Shown in pieces: positions 50,701 to 62,569 of a stretch of DNA of 64,000 nucleotides. A program made the translations under genes and the position numbers. The DNA lies in NCBI GenBank assembly GCA_048013815.1, contig CM106585.1:1984001-2048000 (forward strand). The letters run 5' to 3'. The notes beneath the pieces are model-generated. The model saw only the letters and a list, made by a program, of their open reading frames with translations, was not told the DNA's origin and did not search any database. Each line of letters opens with the position of its first letter. Position 1 is the stretch's first letter. This stretch comes from Setoptus koraiensis. Taxonomy: Eukaryota > Animalia > Arthropoda.

Positions 50701-52259
50701 AGCGTGCGGTGACGGGGCCCCGCGACTCACGGGTCGCGAGTCGCAAAATTGATCGCGGCCTCAGGAGAAGGGAACGGCAATATCGTTACGACGCTAGCGT
50801 TACGATAACCAGCTGCAGCGGCCAGCCAACGCTGCAGTGAGCAATGCATTGCGCCGGTTAGTGCGGTTACATAACAAAGCTCAATAAGCTTATTACAAGC
50901 ACTTGCGACAACAGCAACGCAGCCGCCTAAATACTCTGGCCCGCTCTCAATACGCTGTCCGCTGATGCTCCAATATGAGTGGGCGCTCTAATTTTTTGCC
51001 AACATGACTCTGGGCCGCGGTATGGGCACGGGCACACGCGCCGCGACAGTTTTAGTGGGCATCGTGGCAATATAATGACATGTACAGTGTGTGTGTAAAT
51101 TACGTTGGCGCGTGCTGATGCGGATTAAAAGATGCCAGCGCGCGTTGGCGGCTAGCGGTCGTTGTTTTGGCTGCAGCCAACAGATAGGCCGGCTATTGTC
51201 ACGCTTTAGTTTTTTACCGCTACCTCTTGCACCGTTGCAGCAAGGGCGCTCTTTTTGTACCGAAGCTCAGCAGCACAGAGCAAAGCTGATGATTATCGTT
51301 ACGCAACATTTTTCGCCTCGCAACTACAACCAACAACCAACAGACAGCAGCCAACAGCCAACAGCCAATAGATTAGTTTAGAACCATAAACAAGACACAC
51401 ACACTGAGTGAGCCTTATCTGGCTGGCCGCTGTTAAGCTTGCCTAAGTGGCAATAGTGGCGCCTCGCTGATTTGCGCCAGCTGATTCAGCGAGCTGCTGC
51501 CGTTGCAAATCTGCAAACCTGCGAACCTTTGCACCTGTACTAACCCGGTGGCAGGTACACACAGGCGCGTAGTGTGCACAATTGATCCGTCGTTGGCACG
51601 GGCACTTAAAGTTGTTGTTGTGACATTTGTGGCAACAACAACGACCCACTGACTGTCTGTTGGCCGAGCGCGTGCAACTTGTACCAGCGCAACACGCAAC
51701 ACGCCATAGGCATGAGTAATAGAGTGAATGAAAAATAATGATGCCCCCGCTGACCGGTCAACTCGTGCGACACACAAGCCGCGCATTTGCCACAAGTGAC
51801 ACGGCGGCGCACAGCGTGAAAATATATTTTTAAAACCGTTATTGCATCGACAGTGTCACATTATATTGGCCTGCAATGAGACGCCCTGGATCCAGTCGGA
51901 TCGGCGGGATTATGTGAGAGTGGCACGATGACAAGCATTCGTCGTTGCGTCACTCGCACGCGAACCGGCACAAACCGGCGCGCACCGTCAACGAGCTGGC
52001 CAACAAAACAAAACAAACGAGTGGCGACACTCGGCACAGCGTGCAAGACACAAATAAATGGATAACTGCGCTAACAAGCTTGCACCAACTTGTGCCAGTT
52101 GCCAGTTTATCGCTTGCGCAACCAGCGACTATTTGTTGCCTTATTGCCTCGCTCGCTCTACATTCTCTTGTATGATCTGTTGTTGTGTCGTCGTCACATC
52201 CGATTCCAACGAGCTCGTTATTGCCCCGTCGCCCCAAAGAGTCGCGACTCGCGACAGAG

Positions 52260-52310
<51 letters not shown>

Positions 52311-52721
52311 CCCAAACACAATGACAGCAGCGCGGCGTCTGGCCAATGAGCAGAGCGGATGTGCGAATGTATGCGCACTCTGGCGATTGGGGCGCGCCAG
52401 CAGCGCACACATGGTGCCAAGGTTCGCAAGAGCCCGCGCTCCTCCAAAGAGAGTGGGTTTTGTGTGCTCCACTTTACTTGTTCGTGGTTAGCCCACTACT
52501 TATGCCACTTTGCACACACACACACACACACACACTGGCTTGCGCGCTGACACGTTGCAGCGGGTGACATCGGGTGCGCACATTGTGTTGGCCACACGCG
52601 CTTGCCAGAGCTACCGGCCAGACAGGGCGCTCATCTGCATGCAAACTAACGAGCTGTTCCATCATGGTGGTTGCGTGTGCCAACGGGCCCACGCTCACTG
52701 CTCACTGCGCTACACGCAGCG

Positions 52722-52795
52722 CCTCGCACGGGGCCTCACACAGCCGCACGGGGCCTCACAAAGCCGCACGGCGCCTCACACAGCCGCATAGCGCC
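52722..52795. repeat. 20-bp repeat (GCACGGGGCCTCACACAGCC)x3-4
   Basis: Seen directly in the sequence. Confidence 0.85.
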
Positions 52796-53340
52796 CCGCA
52801 TAGAGCGCTACAACCGTTGTAGTACAACGAGCGCTACACGGAGCGCTAAATACAGTGTACACAGTGTGCAGGAATGTGGCGCTGCCAGCGCTGCCACGAC
52901 GTGCAAAGGGGAAGGGCGAAAGGCGAAAGGGGAAAGGGGGATCCGAAGGGGGCTTGCGCTGGTGCTAAAACATTGGCTCGCCGAATTTGCCGCTTTTGTC
53001 TGGCTCGCGTGTGCAAAAGTGGCGCCGATAGTTGGCCAATGGCAGCAGTGTGTTCCAATGTCTCAAGTGTGTCACTGTTGCCCCCTTCTGGCCCGGTCCC
53101 CCTTCTCGTCCAATGAGCTGCGGTGCCCGCTGGACGTTGCACACGCAAGACATTCTATACATTTGTGGGTGCGTGCGAGCGTGCGTCAGTGTGTCACCAG
53201 TGCGCCGTCGTTGGCCGCTAACCAGAGATAGACAACGACTAACACCATAGAACATAACACCAAACATTGCTACACATTGCTGCGCCACAGTGCACTGCTG
53301 CCCGCAACCAACTGCATAGCAACTACAGCAACGTTGAGCA

Positions 53341-53476
53341 CAGCGAACTATCGAGCAGCGAACTACCGAGCAGCGAACTACCGAGCAGCGAACTACCGAG
53401 CAGCGAACTATCGAGCAGCGAACTACCGAGCAGCGAACTACCGAGCAGCGAACTACCGAGCAGCGAACTATCGAGC
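53341..53476. repeat. 15-bp minisatellite (CAGCGAACTA[C/T]CGAG)x9 arranged as a 60-bp higher-order repeat
   Basis: 53341-53400 and 53401-53460 are identical; the variant order is T,C,C,C,T,C,C,C,T. Confidence 0.93.
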
Positions 53477-54388
53477 AAGCGAACGAGCTCATTCGCTCGA
53501 AGATAGAACGAGTTGCATCTCACTTTTGATTCGATCGAGTGTGCGCCTGTGTGTCTGGCAACGTTACTAGCAAGTGTGTGTGCAGTGGCAAGCCAAAGGC
53601 AGCAAACCAATCATTGAATTGCAATCAAATCATTGGCGAGTGAATGTGATCGAATGAAAAATTTGCAATTTTAAGTGCTCCACCAGCAGTGCCGCTACCA
53701 GTGTTACCAGCAGCAGCAGCAGCAAGTCTGGCCACAGTGGCATCCACAGTGGCGGTCACGTCAAGCGTCAGTGTACATTTATACAGTATCGCCGCGGTAT
53801 AGGGTGCGCGCCGTGCACACAAGTATGATTATTTCATACATCGCAAGATGCGCAATGAGCAATAATACAATAATACAATAATAAGCGACTATCCCACTGC
53901 TATCCACGTGCTATACCTCGCAAAGCCCACAGCGGCTTAAAATGGCGCCCAAACTCGAGTAAACGATCGGATAGAGACAGCGACCAGAAACGATCGAACT
54001 TTTCGCATGCACTGGCCAAAATAGCTTCGAGCTGTGTGTGTGTCGCTATCTGCGCCCGGTCGTGCCACTCAAGTGCTCGCACAACGACAGCCGAGCCAAA
54101 GTGAGTTAGTGCCAGCCATAAATACAAACAATTTTAAGCCCAAAAAGATGCCAGAAGCACAATGAAAAATTATTGTAAATATTATATAAATGCAAAATGG
54201 AAATTCATCGTTCACACCTATAAATACTGAATATTTATTCGGGCAGCGAGCAGCGCAATCACGCCAGCATGCACCATTGGACGGCATGCAAATAAAACAG
54301 AATAAAATAAAATTATAAACTAATAATAATAATCGAGCATCACAAAGACATCATTAAACGCGTGTGTGTGTGTGCGTGTGAGCCATCT

Positions 54389-54478
54389 TGCCAGCGGTAT
54401 CCAGCGGTATCCAGCGGCATCCAGTGGCATCCAGCGGCATCCAGTGGCATCCAGCGGCATCCAGCGCTATCCGGCGGC
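54389..54478. repeat. 10-bp minisatellite (TCCAGCGGCA)n
   Basis: Seen directly in the sequence. Confidence 0.88.
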
Positions 54479-55531
54479 AGCCAGCAGAAGCGGCAGCGAG
54501 CAGTATTTGCTAACATTAAAACGGTTTATCTCGCAAAATCATAGATTGCCAAGGATTGCGTGAAGAGATAAATATAGAGATTGCAGAATCGCGGAATTAT
54601 TATCATACACACACACACACACACACCCTGTCTAACAAATATTACGCTAAGTGCTTTCAGTGGGCAAAGTTCGATTAAAGAGCGCGAGACAGACAATCAG
54701 GCAGCAAAGTTTAATAGACAGAGCAGGGCGCATAGAACAAACTTGAAACAGTATGCCTCGAGCTATTTCAACGCAGCAGCAGCGTTTATTCATCTTGTAA
54801 GTCGCAGCTAGTAACGCCACTAGTCATTGTCATCCAAGTCAGTCATTGCTTCACTTGCAATATTGACTGGCAACCACAACAACAACAACGACGACGACGA
54901 CAGCACCAAAGAAGACTAAAATATTTTTTACATTCGCATAGATCATCATCATCAGACGACGCAAATATAGCAAATAGCAAAGATATATAGCGGCGCACAC
55001 ACACACAACACATAGCGCGCTTCAACATCACAATCAGACTCAATAAAACGGCCAACATGGGCCTCTACTCAAGTCACTAGTCACTCAACTACATCTAAGC
55101 TCAGCAACGACAAACATCGGCAAATTTCATCTCAATTCAATTGCAACGCAATCGGCCCCGGCACAACTAAAATTTGAGACTAACTCAATGACTGGCTAGC
55201 TCGCCGCTGGTCGCAAAAAAAAAACAAACAACACAAGCGAAACATCAATAACACGTCGATCAAATATCCATTAAATCCATGGAATGCTGAAACGCCATCA
55301 ACCTACAACTATTGTCAATTATTGCAAGCTATTAAGCCAGCCAACAATAAATGTGTGTGAGTCTGTTTGTGCCTAGATCAACCATCTCCAAGCCACGCAA
55401 ATTTGAAGCCAATCTGCCAATGCGACGCGCACTCATTAAATGCCCATTCGATAATACCAACACCTAACGCTCAATATGTTTACATGTACAAGTATCAAAA
55501 TGCAAAATCACATTGAAAATCACTTGATGTT

Positions 55532-58500
55532 ATGAAATTATACGCGCATAACACTGCACAATCACCATATCATTTGGCTGGATGTCTTTCTGTCAATCCG
55601 GGAAATAGTTATAACAATAGTGATCGGCGCCATCGTTCGAAAGGGAAAAAAGGCTCAACGTTTTCTAAAATTGAAGAGGCAACACTACTGATAAAATTGC
55701 TAGGTGCCTTACAACTTTTTTATAATTGTATACGTAATCCAAATCGTGCGAGTGGTCGTCATCATGGTCGCCAATGCTCACTTGCCAACTTGAGCGATAA
55801 ACAAGCTACATCGAATGATAAATTATTCCATATTCATGATAGAGAACACCATAATACCAATCATTACCATAATATTTTGCGACCATGTCCAACACACTCG
55901 ATAGTTCGATTTGGAGATCTAAATTCATGCAAATTGAGCCACCATGATGATCATCGCCACCTATCTAATATTAATGGTTATATTAGAGTTAATCATCTTG
56001 TGAACAACAATAATCCCCATAGTCCTAATGGGATGCTTTCGTCTGAACATATTCCCTCATGTGCGTACCCAGATTTCTACCAAATCCACCTATTGTCGGT
56101 TTGCTGGAGATCTCGTCACGCCAACAGCACAATGGACTGTCGAATAAACCACCGAAAATATAGGACACCGCCATCAGCGCTCAGTGCCATCAACATTTTA
56201 AGGCTAATAATACTTAATATGATGAGCATATATTTTTTGAATTTTATTTTCGGCACTTTGAGCTACACAGCGAACGCAGCCGTTTTTACTTTGATAACCA
56301 GGGATAACCAAAAATTGAATAGTTACTTTAATCATCGCAATCAAATTGTTGATAATCCACAGCTACCAATAAGTGATAATAGTTTCACAAAGCAGGATTC
56401 TGATACAAATGATCATTGGAATAATAATCATCTAAGTAGTGGCACGAGTGATAATATCAATGGCAATCAGATCGCTATAACACCGAAAATGACTTTAATA
56501 CGTGTACCCGCTGATTCAAGTGCTATTCTCAAATGTTTGATATCATCAAGATCGCGCTTCGAATCTAAGCTCAATATACAGTGGTCAAGGTATCTATATC
56601 ATGAAGATATTACGGAACAGATATCACCTCAGCTTACTTCTGCCAGCAACAATATCATCCAACATAATCTCAATCTTCAAAAAAAATCATTGGTCCTCAG
56701 CGATAATCTCACTACTGTTGATCTTGAGCATCCCGATAGAACCGAGAAGACAGTCAAAACAACAGATCCTACAATTGAAACTCGATTTCGACAAGAAATC
56801 AAAGAAATCTCGGATATCTTAATAGAGTCCTCTCTAGCGATCACACCGGTTACAACGCGCGATAACGCCAGCTATTTCTGCATAGCCAGTGACAACCTAT
56901 ATATTAATGAAGCCAAAATTGATTTATTAGTTTTATCTCTTCCTATTGTGAGTATTCCTTTTTTATAAATTCTTATAAATATACAGTTCATTCTTGAATA
57001 TCGTGCCAAGCTACCCACGATGCTTGCATGATAAGTAGATCTATATCCAGCATTTATAAGTTGGGAATATCGGTTATGGCTCACTTATTCAATGAATACG
57101 GACATTCAATAACACGGATATCTTGCTCATGATACTAAAATGTTTTCCGATATGATATTCTTCTAGGTTCGTATGGATAGGATTGTTCCAGCAAAAAATC
57201 CTAGGTCTGCGCTTATTTTCTGGACAATCTTATCTGATGGAAATGCCCCCTTGAGAAAAACTATTCTAATGATCAAGAATGATAGTCTTGCAACTGATAC
57301 TAAATCAGTCAGTCCAACGCTACCATCGCTCAGTCACTTAAGCAGCAACACCAGTGGAGGTTCTCTATCTTCACTTGTGACTGATGGAGATTTGAATCAG
57401 TGGCATAAGATTGAAGTTGGTAGCAAAGATTTCATACGGAACTTTGATACTGAAAGTGATAGATACAACACTGGAAATGACGAAAATGATAACTATATTG
57501 TATCTGTGGATCACGGACCAAATCAAGATTTACGGAAAGATAGAGCCCAAGGAATATCGAAAACTAGGGTTCAACATAGATCGTATAACTTGACTTTCCT
57601 ACTGCCAGGTGTAACGTACACCATCAGATTGGCAGTAATAAATGATGTTGGTCAGTCGAATTGGTCGCAGATCACTACTACCATGCCCAGCGACGTTCCA
57701 GAGCAGATAGCGGAAATGTTTCTTATTGCCAGGACTAATGAATCGCTAGCTATTGGTTGGCGAAGGCCATCTCACGATAATGGCGCCAAAATTAACCGTT
57801 ATGAGATGCAATTGTTCGATCTGAACAGGACTGTCACGATTGACGCGGCTACGAATACTTCCGTGATGTCAGCAAAAACAAACTATATGTACTTTTTTGT
57901 TAATTTAAATGCTGGAACAGACTATCATTTTCACGTTCGTGCTTGCTCTCGAATAGGTTGTGGAGTTTACTCAAATCCAAAGCTCTTGGCTAGCACTATT
58001 GATGGTGAAGCAGACGAACCTTCACTCGTTGAGGTATCATGCAATGATCAAAATAGTCAGATATCAATTACTTGGAAACCACCATCAGTCACACGAGGTC
58101 TAATAGTCAACTATAATATCACAATAGATGCGTACGCTCGTTATCGCAACCAAACTAATCAATGGACCATAGATCAATGGAAAGTTTCTTTTGAGACTAA
58201 AGATAATCACACAAATAGATTTGAGGCATCAATTTTATTACCGAATACAAATTATTCTGTGAGAATTTGTGCCATAAATAGGGTAGGAATATGTGGAAAA
58301 TTGAGCCATTTATCCGCAAATACTCAATGCTCGACGAGTTCTACTGTGCCTACATCAATACCAGATGGTATACAATTGACCCGTTATAACAAAAGGGATA
58401 CGAGTGATAAACAAATGGGTAACCCTTCTATGATTAGGAACGATGTGACATTGAAAAACAATGAACAACAGAATGGTCAGTTAGTTTCCCCTGATCAACT

Positions 58501-61500
58501 CATGGTTTTAAAGTTTCCGCAAGTAAATCAGAGGAACGGTCAGGTCAATTGTGTACAAGTAGTGTTGATCAAGTTACCTACCGACTTCAATATTGAACGT
58601 CCTTTAGAAACCTATCTGCCACAAACTCCAGCCGATGTTGGTCTAACTCATTATAACATCTCGAATACAATAGAACGCTTCGATGGTGTAACTAGCGACC
58701 ATTCAAAAGAGTTATCAAACGAAACTACATCACACAAAAACTTGGAGAAAACGTCCTTTCACGCATACATAGCCGAAGAGTTGGATTTGGATAACCTTTC
58801 CACCAAAGCAAATTTCAGCTCTATTGTTCTAGGGGATGAAGTTTTCTCCACTTGTAAGATTAGTTCTACGGATAGTTATATCGCCACAAATCAAACTGTC
58901 AAATATCAAGAATCATCTTCTGATAATACGGGCTCCAACAATTTGACAACCTCTCGCTCAGTTTTTGATGGCAAGCTGCAGCCCAATACTTTCTATACTG
59001 GTTTTCTAAAATTGCTAGTGAAGACTAATAACGAGTTCAGCAGATTAGGGCATGATAGTAGTCAGCAAGACAATGGCAAGATTTTAGTGAAATATAGCGA
59101 TTATTTTGATCCTATCAAAACAGGATTTGATACAGATATTTTCAATTCTGGCGATCCTTCAAATAGTGATGCTCAAAGTCAATGGGCGAATATAACACTC
59201 TCATCCCGATATAGATCGTTGATAAATTCGATGACTGATTCGATAAACCTAGACAACTTGAGTGAATGGATTCTGAAATCAAATCCTGTAGTAGTAGCGT
59301 TTTGGGTAGCCCTTGTGTTCGCATCTTTAACACTTCTGCTGTTTCTAGTTATAATAATGATCGGAAAGGTGCCGAAGAATGTAGGTGAACGTAAAATAAC
59401 GAAACAGTCCAAAGAAAAGGACAAAGAATCTGCAAACATGTACCACCTAGAGCAACAAGATGTACAATTTATTAACAATGGATACCCCAACAACATTCTT
59501 GTTAGGAATTGGGAAGAAAACAATCAAAATAACACCTTGAAAGGTGCACTGAACACTGATCCGAATTCGATGCTAATGAGAATTCCCAATCATCATGATG
59601 CATCACCTCTGCCTGACCATATTAAACCTACTGTAGGTCATGAATTGGATAGTCGTCAATACTTATTGTCAGGATCAAAAACATTAGCTATAAGGCGGTG
59701 TAGTAATAAATGTGCTAATGGTAATGATGCCAAAATACAATCGTCACATGATGATGGTGCATTAACATTGAATCACAACAATTCCATCATGTCTTTGTCG
59801 AAGAAATTCAACAGATCTATACCATTGAAAAGCTTTTGCGCTGTTTACGAATGCAGATTGCGCAACGGATGGTTGAAACAAGAATTTGAACAATTGCCCA
59901 AGCCAACTATCGCCACCTCACTTACTAAAGCATTCTATAATAATGTTCCACAAGGTAGTGTATCGGGTATGAACGGAATGCATATAGCACACCATGTCAC
60001 AGTTCAAAACAATGATATAACTAGCCATTGTCTTCAACATACAAATAAGAATTCCACTGGCAGTAAAATAAGTAACGGTGTAATTGCTGTCAATGGATTA
60101 GATTCTTCAATGGTAATTACCTCAGATATCAATGATAATACAAGTTCAACAGCCACCAATAACGCCGAGATGATAACCACAGCAGTACTAGAATCGGCGC
60201 CAGTTGAATCTACTCATAATCATTCGGTCGGTGGTAGTAAGAGACGTGGGAAGCAGACGTCCATTGTGTTGAATCCATATCTTATTGTTTCTACAAGTGA
60301 ACCGCTAGAGTGTAACGGGGGTCAACCATTATCAGTAGTAGTATGCGGCGAAGAAGCCATTGATGCCAATCTTGTAATGGGTTACAATGCTCCATATAAC
60401 ACAAGCACTACAAATGGTGCTGTGATGGGTAGCGATTTTGTACGACAACAAGCCAGTCTAGATAGGAAAGCATACATTTGCTCAAAATCGCCTTCAGATG
60501 CAGACTCTGTCTGGGATTTCTGGCGCATGATTTATGAATACAATGTCCCAATAATCGTCATGCTGACACCTATTGAGGTTAACGGTAAATTTAAATGTGC
60601 TCAATACTGGCCCACATGTGATAATGAAGAAACGACAATATTATCACCACGTACTCAAATGGCTCAAAAATCTAAGATGCCATTAGCAAAATTTAAGATC
60701 CGACAGGAGACACTTAGCGTGCTCCAAGATTATACTGTACGTCGATTGAGCCTTGTAATTATGCCAACAAGACCAGATAAAGACGATGAATCTGAGTCAA
60801 GTAAAATGTTTGACTTACATCCCGAAATAGAAGACATCATTGTTGTGAAACGCGACATAATACATTTCCAATGTCATAATTGGAAGAGTTTTTATGTATA
60901 TTCCCGCTCCCTCCGCTTAATTAAGTTTACGGAGCATGTTGATGATCAGTATTCGCAGGCAATTCAACAGAATTCACTTAGCGGGCCCATATTGGTCCAT
61001 TGTGGCAGTGGTTCAGGCCGTAGTGGGGTTTTTGTTTCCGTTGATCTCATACTGACTCATATGACTAGTTCAGTGCTACAACAAACCAGCATAACAACAG
61101 CAAAAGAAGAAGAAGAAGATCACGAGCTGATAAAACCTGCCGATGAAACTCTAGAAGATCGAAAACTGTTAGAACGGAAGCGCCTGTTCAATATTAATAT
61201 ATTCGATTTATTGTCAATCTTGCGTTTCCAAAGGACATTCATCGTGCGATCGTATAAGCAGTACAGGATGATATACCACACTATCGCTGAATATTATCTA
61301 TTTGGTGACACAGAGTTCCACACGTCTGAACTAGATAAAATCTTCAACCACTACAAAAATCTCCAATCAATACCAAATGGCATTGAGAATGAATTCTTGA
61401 AATTGGATCAACTGACCAAACTGGAAACCAAAAGCACATATGTATCATCACTCAAATACAACCTAAATCGTAATCGCTATGTTTCTATAGTACCATACGA

Positions 61501-62569
61501 TGAAAATAGGGTCATACTGCCAATCATACCAGAAAGCTCGCCAATAAGAGATCAAACTTCCTATATAAATGCCTCGTATATACAGAATCCAAACGATAAG
61601 ATATCATTCATCATAGCGCAAAATCCTTTGGAAAATACTATTGGAGATTTTTGGAAAATGCTATACTTTCAAGCAGTAAACAAAGTTTTGATGATATCGA
61701 GCTCACCCAATAACTCATGTCCTCAATATTGGCCTGACGAAGACGGATTCAATTGTGACTACCTGAGCATACGAATGATCTCTGAGACTATTCAGCCAAT
61801 GTTCATCGAACGTACCTTTGATATACTCAATCTCAAGCCCCAGCTTGTTGCCGGTCCATGTGAGATAGATTATGAATTTCAGAGCCATGATACTAGTGAT
61901 ATTCAATTGAGAACTAGACGCCACAAAGTTGTCGTATATCAGTACTTGGATTGGCCTGTTACTGAGTCGAAGCCAATAACGATGTATTCATTGATTGAAC
62001 TCATAACAAGATCTTCACTCTTGGATGACCCTACCAATTGCTTCAATCCTTCTAGTGACTTAGATAACTTCATACCACCTGCACCTGTAGTAGTTCATTG
62101 CGATAAAGTAAGTACATTTTGTCCACTATACCTACTAACTAAAATTTTCTGAAAATTGTTTGCTCCGGTTAGTCTAGCAGTGTTATTAATATCCACTCTT
62201 TTTAATATATTTCTGCTACAAAATCCTTATTTACAGGGTAACCGATCAAGCGTCGTAGTTGTGCTCACATTCTTGATGCGTCAGATTATACGGGAGCAGC
62301 GCGTCGATCTAGTACAGACTTGTCGGCTAGTCAGATCTCAGAGAATGGGATTGATCAATGCACCATCTCAATACGACTTGATATATAGGTGCTTGTTAGA
62401 GTATGTAAATCAACAAGGAAGTATTAGTATACAGCCAATTGATGAATATCAATTGGAAAACGCCAACGGCCAGCAACAAGCAGAGTCCGAATCACAGTAT
62501 CAGACGCAAATACTAGCCAACGGGTCTTGTTCACATGTTACTTCTATGTTACCGATTGTTATGGCCTGA
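55532..62569 (+). CDS. Ptp69D: Ptp69D-like receptor tyrosine phosphatase: Ig domain, three FN3 repeats, membrane-proximal region, TM helix, tandem PTP domains; exons 55532 (or 56219)-56947, 57167-62107, 62237-62569
   Basis: Signal-like segment MMSIYFLNFIFGTLSYTANA at 56219; Ig motifs LKC...W and DNASYFC; FN3 motifs LLPGVTYTIRLAVINDVG, LNAGTDYHFHVRACSRIGCG and LLPNTNYSVRICAINRVG; TM near 59285-59365; D1 VHCGSGSGRSG; D2 NRNRYVSIVPYDENRV and YINASYI; phase-0 GT-AG introns. Confidence 0.88.

Noticed and set aside
49228-53476. CRISPR-like appearance of the 15-21 bp arrays
   Set aside because: Units are head-to-tail with no unique spacers, there are no cas genes, and the context is eukaryotic.
31300-55400. 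Numerous ORFs such as AANYR, SVVRC, GFHRVPS, CGYVDMW and FSAALCS repeats and poly-CV/HT runs
   Set aside because: They are translations of tandem repeats and are open in several frames on both strands.
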